Source of the DNA: Lytechinus pictus
Taxonomy: Eukaryota
Assembly (NCBI RefSeq): GCF_037042905.1
Contig: NC_087250.1
Span: 12,836,001 to 12,900,000, forward strand
Direction of reading: 5' to 3'
DNA: 64,000 nt
Shown piece after piece: positions 54,720-64,000 of the stretch (position 1 is the first letter of the stretch; each line of letters opens with the position of its first letter). The notes below the pieces were generated by a model that was not told the DNA's origin, searched no databases, and was given only the letters and a program-made list of their open reading frames with translations. The position numbers and the translations under genes are program-made.

Positions 54720-56340
54720 CCAAAAATATAAAACATATCATGCTACTCTCATCTATTGACAAAATAAAAGTTATTGATAACTTTTATTGATTAACTTTGA
54801 ACATACAATTGGTGTTTTTCTGGACCTCTCCGAGGCCTTTGACACTATAAACATGATAAGCCATGAAATACTCCTGTATAAGGCCTCGGAGTGATTTAGA
54901 ACCTACTTCTATAATCGTAAACAATTTGGAAGCAAAAATAAACAAACTTATTTACAAAATTTTGAATTTGGTGTTCCCCAGGCAGCCTATTGGGCCCACT
55001 TTTATTTATGATATTTATAAATGACCTCCAGAACTCTTCTAAAATATTATAGTATATTCTTCTTGCAGACGATTCCAATGCAACCTATTCTCATCCTATT
55101 CCCGATATTTCAATGAATGTATTGAACACTAAACTGGATAATTTGGTACACTGGCTAAGGGCTATCAAATTCTCGATTAATGTACAAAAACAAAATGCAT
55201 GCTTTTTTGCAACTCTTTAGAACAAACACCATTCAATATGAAAATGGACATAGATATTGAAGTTGTTGCTATAAAAAATGTTTTTGGTCCCACAATCGAC
55301 AGCAAATTATCTTGGAGAACACATATTGAGTGTATATGTCGCACAATTTCACGCAATATTTGTGTTATCAATAAAGTTAAAGTTTTTTTTCTTCCAACTT
55401 CCTCCATCAAAATGCTTTAATCAAAATTATTTTCCCCTTATCTAAATTACGGGACGATTGTCTGGGGAAATACACACTCATCTTACTTAGATAGAATATT
55501 GTTTTACCGACGAAGGCATTGCGTGTTATTTTCACCTTATCCTAGAGATCCCGTACAGATCATTTGTTGCTTGAAAGCAACAACAACAAAAATTAAAATA
55601 AAAACACTATTAAAAAAAAGTACCTTGGTCAATTCATGCATAAGTTAAACAATAATATATATGTTACCACCCACCTTTAGTACTTAATTTAACAAAAATA
55701 AAGCTATTAATAAATATCCTACACATCAATCTGATTAATTTCATGTACCACTACCCCGGACCATCCTTGCAAAAATCATTTTACTTTCGAGGGCTTCTAT
55801 AAGGGCTCTGGGAAACTATTAATGGTAACATCAAATAACCCCTAAGCCTAAACTCATTTAAAATAAAAAAAAGTTAACAAGTCTCTCCAAGATAATCACT
55901 CACTGATTTAAACTCAAGCTCTCATACTTTTTAAATGCAACTTGGATACACTTATACATAATTATGAACTACACTTTTGCATCCTTCCATTTTCCTGTTG
56001 ATCAGCGAGTTCTGTTTGTGAGTGCTGGGGCAAGATTCTGAAGACCTTTAATCTCTCTCTTCCCATTTTCCTTTTCTATTTTATTTCCCCTAATTTGTCA
56101 CAACTTAACTGGTTTTATGCTCAATTCGTCATTTTGATTTTTTCTATACTATATATCTACAAGAATATATTTATTATATTAGGAGGCTGCACCCTACAAG
56201 CTCTGCTTTTTAAGCAGCCTCTTCCCCCCTCTTCCGTTCCCAACACATAAATTTGCAATATGTTTTCTTGCTTGCATTTGTATATCAAAATGTAAGAGAC
56301 AAATTGTAAATGTTGGAAATAGACATAACGAAATGAAATA
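54720..56340 (+). mobile_element. Heavily degraded CR1/L2-type LINE (RT region to 3' tail)
   Basis: Remnants IGVFLDLSEAFDTIN, LLGPLLF, LADDSN and IDSKLSWRTHI with many stops and frameshifts; 3' stem-loop gaggctgc...gcagcctc and aaatgaaat tail. Confidence 0.85.
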
Positions 56341-56759
56341 TATAAAAAAAGAGTTGCGACTGATCCGATCACTTAAAAACCATGGAAAGACAGCAACGTC
56401 AACATCTAAAATGAATGTTTGTTCAAAATGTTTTTTAGACATGATGTATGATTCAAACATTCAGTTTTATTTAAACGTCAGTGTGCTCCTCTTTGTCTGC
56501 AAAGAAATCTGTTCAAATTTTCTGTACAAAAAAAAGAGATGATATTGATGTATTCCCATAGAGTTGAGGTTGATCAGATCAATCATAACTCTTGTAAGAC
56601 CGGGACCTGGTCCCCAGTTGAAAGAACATTCCTGATTAGTTCATAGCCGGTCTGCAGAGCGAAATGCGCCATGCAACGATGATCTTGATAGGCCAATTCA
56701 TAGAGCGATTAATCCCTTACCTTTGCCTTATTACGGAACCCTGACTTGTTTGTACCACT

Positions 56760-59700
56760 CTAAGGTTGAATGCGCAGAGCATACAGCTTCTCACAAGCTG
56801 GTAATGAATTTTCAATCACCTCTTCCAAATGGGAAGGGATTTCAACGTCGTCCTCCGTGAGGTCGGGCGCTTTGCCGAACCCTAACCCTTTCAGTGCATT
56901 GGAAAAAAAAGAAGAAGCAAACTTTGATTTATCTGCGCATGCGCAATGAGGCCTGCGTCTGCACAATGCCAGTTAAGCTGGCTCCCGGAAACACTCTCCC
57001 ATTCTAGCATCTTGGGCGTGTATTCGATGCCCATGGCGTCGCAGTATTTCGGAAGCAGCTTCTCCGGCTGGCTGACCAGGTCGTCGGCATCGATGATGGG
57101 AGGTGCCCGTTGATCAAGCGCGGATTCGACGTAGCGGTAAAAACGTTCCAGATCGTCATAAATATTTACGTAAGGGTTTTCATCAACAAGATTCTGCTCA
57201 AGAGAGACCGATCTCATATATCTGTACATCGATCGGAAGGCCTTTTTTGGATGTCGAATGAGAAAGGAGTGCTTGAAGTTTCGTTCGACGACACTGAAGT
57301 CATCCCTAATCCCTTCTACCATACACTTGGCGAATAGGACTTTAGCCCCGGGGTATTCGTCGTTGAGAAGGCCACTGATGTAACTGAAGGTGTACTTATC
57401 ATCAAACATGCTTTCTGTTGAAAGAGCATTTCAAACTAAATTAAAACTAATTGATCGAATAGCTCCACGCATGGGCGGAAATCCCAGGGGGAGGGGACAG
57501 AGGGGACGCGTCCCCCTACCAAAAATAGTAGGGGGACACAATATTAAATGTCCCCCTACTATTTTTGGTCTTTTATGATTGAGAAAGATACATCATTCAC
57601 AATCGAAATAATACATGTATTTTAGACTAAATGACCTTACATTTTGGGGGAAAACCGGTTTTTTTTGGTTGTCATTTTTTTTTTTGGGGGGGGTGGTAAA
57701 AATGACCGTACATTTTTGGTGATAGCCTTTTTTTATTTATTTTTGCTTGTCAAAGTTTCCAGCCTCTGCCCCCCCCCCTACTTTTGGGGACAGATTTCCG
57801 CCCATGGCTCCAGGATATTGCTAAAACAAGAAATGCATTTTGGTCCAATTTTAGTTGGCTGATTTATTATTTTGGATTACAGGCCTAAATCTATTTTCAC
57901 GAAATATTTAATTTAATGTAATACCGTCGTAAATAAGCGTTCGCGTTCTCCAGCGAAAGGTAGGAAATGTCACACAGTCAACGCATAATGTCGCAATTGC
58001 GACATTATGCGTCGCTGCGACAATCCCCACCTTTCGCTGTGCAGCTCAGACAGACTTTACGACGGTATAATGATTTTGGAAGAGACCTTTGGGCCCGTCG
58101 TCATGGTCGTAAAACACTGTCCTGCAATGCAATTTGTGTAACATGAGATTTTTTCGTTTCGCATCTGCAACGGAAACATTCAATCTGCGTTTCGTGTGCA
58201 AAATTCTGGTTGCTACTATGGTAACAACGATATATCCGATTTTGGACAACTTTCCAGAGGTCGAGAGGCCGCCCGGGGGAGGGGCACTTCAATTGACGAG
58301 TGGATACCAGGCGCGACCACGCGTAAAAAGGGAAAGAGTGGGCAAGTACGTTACGTGTAGACCTATGTAACGTTATAAGGGTGTCAAAAACGATGTTTAA
58401 AATACAAAAAGGGATATATTTCCAATACTTGTAGGGTTTCACAAGCCAAATACTTGTTAAGGGATGCATTTTCATAATCTGGAAAAGACTTGCTTCCCTT
58501 GTATAGGTGCATGCTTTTGGAAACCCCATGGTCGCGCTTGCTATATCTACTCGTCAATCATAATAGAAGTGCCCCCCCGGGAATTTGAATCTAATCCCCC
58601 ATTTCGGGGGAAAGTAAAACATAATGCCCATTACATTGTGTGCTAGAGGCATATCGTTTGTGTAGGAGGAGCAAGCAAAATAAAAAAACACACGCAAAAT
58701 CGGATGGTTTTCAGACGGATAGGCCTATTGCATATGCTGTGTACATATCAACGCATGCGAAATGGTTTAGCTGGAGAGGTGATCTGACCCATGGAATCAA
58801 TTGCCAGTGATCCACCAATAATCAACATTAGATGCAACAGCGGTTCGATGGACTGTAATGATTTATATCTAAGTCTGAATTCAGTAAGTTTTCCTCACTC
58901 AATATGTACTCGATTTGTTTGAAAAACCACTTTGTTATCCATGTCATAATCTACGTTTCGCATGTCTCCAGCCAGCTGCCATATAGTCATGATAGTACAG
59001 CACCGCCGTGAGCTCAGGCGGGCATATGCTATGATGACCAGTCGTACATGCATGAGAGCGGGATCAGTTTAACAATTTGGAATGGCATGCCTGGTGTCGC
59101 ATGAAAGAATTTTGCACACGAAAAGCAGATCTATAGGGCCTGTAACACAAAGCTTAGCAATGATTGTAGAACTGTTATCTACGTTCTATTTTATTGACTA
59201 TAATGTAAATCAATCTTAAAATCGAGTCTATGATTAATAGTTAAGTTTTGTGTAACCGGACCCTAATGTCGCGTCCCCGAGGTTTGCGAAAACTCGCTAT
59301 TATCGGTTGTAACAGGCTTATTCATTCATTTTTTTCTTTCTTTATTTATTTATTCGTTTCTGAATGTTATGACAATGTACATAGTGTGACCATCACAAAA
59401 TTGAATACATTAAATTTTACATAATAATAATGTATAATTATGATAATTTTTTATTATACCATGGTTGCAGACATGCAGTGGTATGACAAAATAAGCAGAT
59501 GCTTGAGCTGTTGTCACACCTTTGGATATATGAAATACATACATAAATATAAAAAAATACTAAAAAGTCAAAACTAACGATTACACAACAGAAAAAGGCA
59601 TTAAACGTGCTGCACAGTGCGCTTTCGCTTTGTATGCGGGCAACCGGAATTTTACAGTGTGTTAACGTGTAAAGTGGTTCTTTTAACTGAAGTTCGACGT

Positions 59701-60290
59701 CGCAATCGCCAAGATTATTATTTTTCTTCAAATTACCCATTTGATGCAGGGGCTGCGGAACGATTTTCAAAGTGGGGGGGGGGGGGCTGAGTCAAAAGTG
59801 GGGAGGGGGGCTGTCCATGCAAAAAATCACAATCATATGGTCATTTTTACGTTTTTGTAAACGGTTTTAGGAAAAAGCTCTTCCGCGGCCCCTGTGATGG
59901 TCCATTTTGCTAAAATAAACGGTGAATATATTTTGATGTAATAATTCAGAATGATTAATCTAAAATTTGTCAAATGCCCTTCGATCATGACAATGATGTC
60001 TTTGTTGAGCTAGGGTTGGGGAACCGAAGTTGCACTTTTGTCCTGGATTCTGGATGGACAAACGAGATATTTGCAACTTTATCAAAGAAATTAGCTTCAG
60101 CAGGTGTTTTGATGAATCTTTTAGCACTCTGCTTTGGACCATAGTTGTAACAGGTTAGATACGGTTGCCAGAACATTTATGTGTCACCCCTGGCCGACAT
60201 CGACCTCGCTAGCGCGGTCGATACCGACCTCGGTGTGCTCCATACCACATTGCGAGCGGGTCCAGATGGTTTAGAGAACGATGTCGACAT
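56760..60290 (-). pseudogene. Disabled sulfotransferase-like P-loop gene (family of the N-terminal domain of BCAT-like proteins), at least two exons
   Basis: Exon 1 reads MSTS..VVWSTPRSVSTALARSMSARGDT*MFWQPYLTCYNYGP with an in-frame TAA at 60177-60179. Exon 2 starts at acceptor 57414 (HSFLIRHP...PPIIDADDLVSQPEKLLPKYCDAMGIEYTPKMLEW) and frameshifts near the A8 run at 56903-56910 into ...LPACEKLYALRIQP-stop. Confidence 0.8.
57470..57806. mobile_element. hAT-type MITE in the pseudogene intron
   Basis: gctccacg|CATGGGCGGAAATC...GATTTCCGCCCATG|gctccagg. Confidence 0.8.
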
Positions 60291-61344
60291 GGTGAGTTCT
60301 GTACTTCTAAATGCTATCACACTTCCAATGCACTTGCTTTTTGACCTGAGAAAAAAACTATCCGTTTTCATGATTTACATTGATTTTACATTTCTCTCTA
60401 TCTCAATGCCATACCCTCCCTCTCTCGCACACAATTAAAAAAGATTGGCCCATTATGCATGACATTAAGCGATGCGTATATCTGATATCATTCAAAAGAA
60501 TGCCTTTTGAAATGATCTTCTATTATCACGCCACATGAATACTGGGCAATGTTTATATAGTGGTGTATTGTGAGCCAAAAATATGACTGGAGAAAACTGA
60601 CTGTATGTGGTACAATTTCTAAAAGTCACGAAATATAGAATAAAAATGTTTACGTATTGAAAAAGTCTAAATTTGTGATAGAATTTAATATAATGTTCAG
60701 AAACTGTATATTTTACTCTTTTAAAAATGTTCTTTCCCTTCCCCCTTATTGTTGGGGATGGGGGGGGGGGGAATTTTCTTCGGGGGATGAGGAAAATGGC
60801 TCCAAGCACCTCAAACCCTCAATACGTCAGGGTATTTATAAGTGACAAAGTGAACTAAAATGGCCATGAACAATCACAATGATCAATACAGCAGGGACAG
60901 AAGAGCGAAGAAGAAGAGAGAGGGGCAGTGAAACGGCACCATGTTATAAAAAAGTAGCATATTATGCTACTCTAAAAGACAGAACGTATACGTGTTCATA
61001 TTTCATGAAGCTTATATCAAGGGGCGATGGAACCTATATTTTTTTTTGCGGGTGGGGGGGGGGGGCAAGCCACCCAAAAGAAATCATGTCTAAAAGGGAA
61101 TTGGATGCAAACATATATTTTCAAAATCGGATTACATTTCTGCCCGAGGTAGATGTGCGTTTCATGGCCTTTTAGCTAAACCTTTAAAATATAACAGACC
61201 GCGATGATCCCTTTTGTGCTGCGCTCGTGATAATGTTGCAACCAAGCTACAGGGCTTTGCCTGGTATACATGTATCTCCGCATTTGAATTATATTTCACG
61301 TCATATTCTACTGCATCAAAGTCGGATATTCTTGTCAATATTAA

Positions 61345-61700
61345 AGGTCAAGTCCACCTCAGAAAAATGTTGATTTGGATCAATAGAGAAAAATCAGACA
61401 AACATAATGCTGAAAATTTCATCAAAATCGGATGTAAAGTAAGAAAGTTATGACATAAGTTTCGCTTATTTGTCACAGAATAGTTATGTGCACACTTTAG
61501 TCACATGCAAATGAGAGTCGACGATGTCACTCACTCACTATTTTTTTTGTTTTTTATTGTTTGAATTATACAATATTTCAATTTTTACAGATTTGACAAT
61601 AAAGACCAACTTTACTGAAACATAAAATGTTAAACAATGGTAATTCAACATGTTCAGGGCGAAATAAAACTTTGTTTCACATGACAATGAGGAGCCACCC
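61345..61700. mobile_element. Left part of a Kolobok-like MITE, truncated by the LINE
   Basis: ttaa|AGGTCAAGTCCACC...aatgctgaaaatttcatcaaaatcggat, a motif shared with 1145-1732 and 18241-18821. Confidence 0.6.
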
Positions 61701-63823
61701 CAGAAAAATTAGCTAGTCTTGGTGTCAGTTTAGATAGAGTTGATTGGTCTAGTGCTTATAACACTGATGATGTCGATCTATCCTTAAGTATTTTTTTAAG
61801 TATATTTAAAAACATCTAGATGATCATATTCCAAAAAAGAATGATAATCGAGTTAATTATAAAACATCACCCAGACTTCCATGGATTTCTAACTCCCTCT
61901 TGCGCTCAATTAATTTAAAAAAAACGACTGTACTATAAATTCAAAATAAAAAAGAATGAACATTAAAAAATGAAGTATACTTCTTATACAAATACATTAA
62001 TGAAAATCTTGCGTGTAGAAAAATAGAAATATTACTCGATTCAATTAGAACAATATAAACATGATATGAAAAACACATGGAAAGTTATTAAGCAAGCCTT
62101 GAATATTTCAAAAAAGAAATCAAATATCACTAAAATAAGATTTAATAATCGGAATATTGATGATCCCACAGAAATCGCCAATATTTTAAATTCATACTTT
62201 TCTACCATAGGGGAAAATTTGGCACAAAAAATTCCACAATCTAATAAGCATTTTTATAAATTCTTGGGACAACCTAATGCCAATTCCATTTTCTTCTATC
62301 CGACTACTATTTATTAAGTGACCGATATTGTTTCCTCGTTGAATAATAAACACAGTGCTGGTCATGATGACATAAGTAATTTTATATTAAAAGGTACCAT
62401 ATCGTCTATTGTTGAGCCCTTGACACATATATTAAATAAATCTATTTTGAGTGGTATTTTTCCTAAACAAATGAAAATTGCGAAAGTTATTCCCTTATTT
62501 AAAAAGGTAGACGAGCTTGATGCTGGTAATTACCGTCCCATATCTTTACTCTCTTCTCTTTCTAAGATTTTAGAGAGATTAATTTTGGTTAGAACAACTA
62601 AATTTCTTAATGTCAGTGGTATATTTACTAACTTTCAATTTGGTTTTAGACAAAAACATAGCACTATCCACGCTCTTTTAAATTTTGTGCATAAAGTAGC
62701 CCATTCTTTGGATGATCATTCGCATCTAATTGGTATATTCCTGGACTTCTCCAAGGCATTCGACACTATTAACCACGACATTTTACTTTACAAGCTTTCT
62801 CATTATGGAATACGTGGAATTGCCTTGGAGTGGTTCAAGAATTACCTTTAAAAAGAAAACAATATGTTTATTTAAATAATCACATCTCTGATCAACATGA
62901 AATTAATTGTGGTGTCCCACAAGATAGTATATTAGGGCCTCTTTTATTCATTATTTACATTAACGATTTTCACAGATCATCTGACATTCTTTCGTTTATT
63001 CTTTTTGCAGATGATTCCAATGTATTTTCTGCTCACAAAAAACCCTCACCCCTTAGTTCAGATTATGAATTTGGAATTGCTAAATTTGACTCAATGGATA
63101 CGAGCCAATAAACTATCTCTTAATTTAAACAAAACCAAATATATGTTATTTAGTAATTCTATTGAATCTTTACCTTCTGACATTATCTTTGATGATACAC
63201 CTTTACAATGTGTTTCCCAAATTAAATTTTTAGGAATTATAGTTGATAATAAACTTTCTTGGAAACCCCACGTTCTTAATGTGAGCAAAACATTATCTCG
63301 TAATATTGGTGTAATTAATAAGTTAAAACACTATTTTCCTTCCGTCACATTACTCATGTTATACTCCTCTTTGATTTTACCTTACCTTAATTATGGAATA
63401 TTAGCATGGGGTAATACCCATAATTCTTTATTGGACAAAATATTAATTTTACAAAAGAAAACATTCCGAAATATATGTAATGCACCAGTTCGTTCTCATA
63501 CAGATCAATTGTTTCTGGAACATAAAATCATGAAAATAAAAAAAATATATTCATTTCAATTAGGTCAATTCATGTATAAATATAAAAATAATTTGTTGCC
63601 ACGCATATTTGATTTTATGTTTCCCCGAAACCAATCCCTCCATAACTATCCCACCAGGCAGTCAAATGAATTTCACTTGCCCCTCCTTAGAACGCATCTC
63701 GCACAAAATACTTACTTATATACAGGTCCAAGTTTTTGGAATTCCCTTAACGACGAGATTAAAGATGCCCGTTCTTTGCTGTCCTTTAAAAACAAACTAA
63801 AATTTATGCTCTTAAAATCTTAA
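61700..63823 (+). mobile_element. 5'-truncated CR1/L2-type LINE, disrupted ORF2 reverse transcriptase
   Basis: KIAKVIPLFKK, NYRPISLL, QFGFR, FLDFSKAFDTINH, GVPQDSILGPLLF, FADDS and FLGIIVDNKLSW, split by stops and frameshifts across ORFs 62066, 62318, 62830 and 63005. Confidence 0.95.
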
Positions 63824-64000
63824 TTATATTTACTATTCTAAACTAAAATTTTGTATCCTTTTTTTTTTTTTTTTTTTTTTGCTAATCTATTATCAATGTT
63901 TATACTGAACATAATGCCTTATTTTTTCCAGTTAGACAATAAATAAAAAAGTTATAGCTTGTCTATACATTATATTGTACCTTTTATATTGTATATGTGT

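Noticed and set aside
56760..60290. Bacterial contaminant or recent horizontal transfer
   Set aside because: The gene has a spliceosomal-type acceptor and an intron filled with host MITEs.

Overview
This is AT-rich, repeat-dense animal genomic DNA. The style suggests an invertebrate deuterostome such as a sea urchin, but that is inference. It holds one intact gene: a spliced Siah/Sina RING E3 ubiquitin ligase on + with coding exons 19837-20032, 22380-22619, 24644-24836 and 27075-27252 (268 aa from ATG 19837). That gene probably has upstream exons near 6.4-7.4 kb and 9.1-9.2 kb and a long 3'UTR to about 34.0 kb. A disabled sulfotransferase-like P-loop gene lies on - at 56760-60290. There are also degraded CR1/L2-type LINEs, tRNA-derived SINEs and many non-autonomous DNA transposons, many with readable TIRs and TSDs. 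The most striking structure is a nested set at 35.0-52.4 kb. A satellite array is split by a fold-back element (35137-50370; TATG...CATA ends, 6-bp TSD CAAACT, arms of about 1.8 kb). Its left arm is interrupted by an 11.3-kb element (36510-47827; CCC...GGG ends, 2-bp TSD) with no recognisable transposase. That inner element carries a CpG-rich stretch, three splice-compatible exons and further MITEs. No prokaryotic systems, CRISPR arrays or true RNA genes were found.
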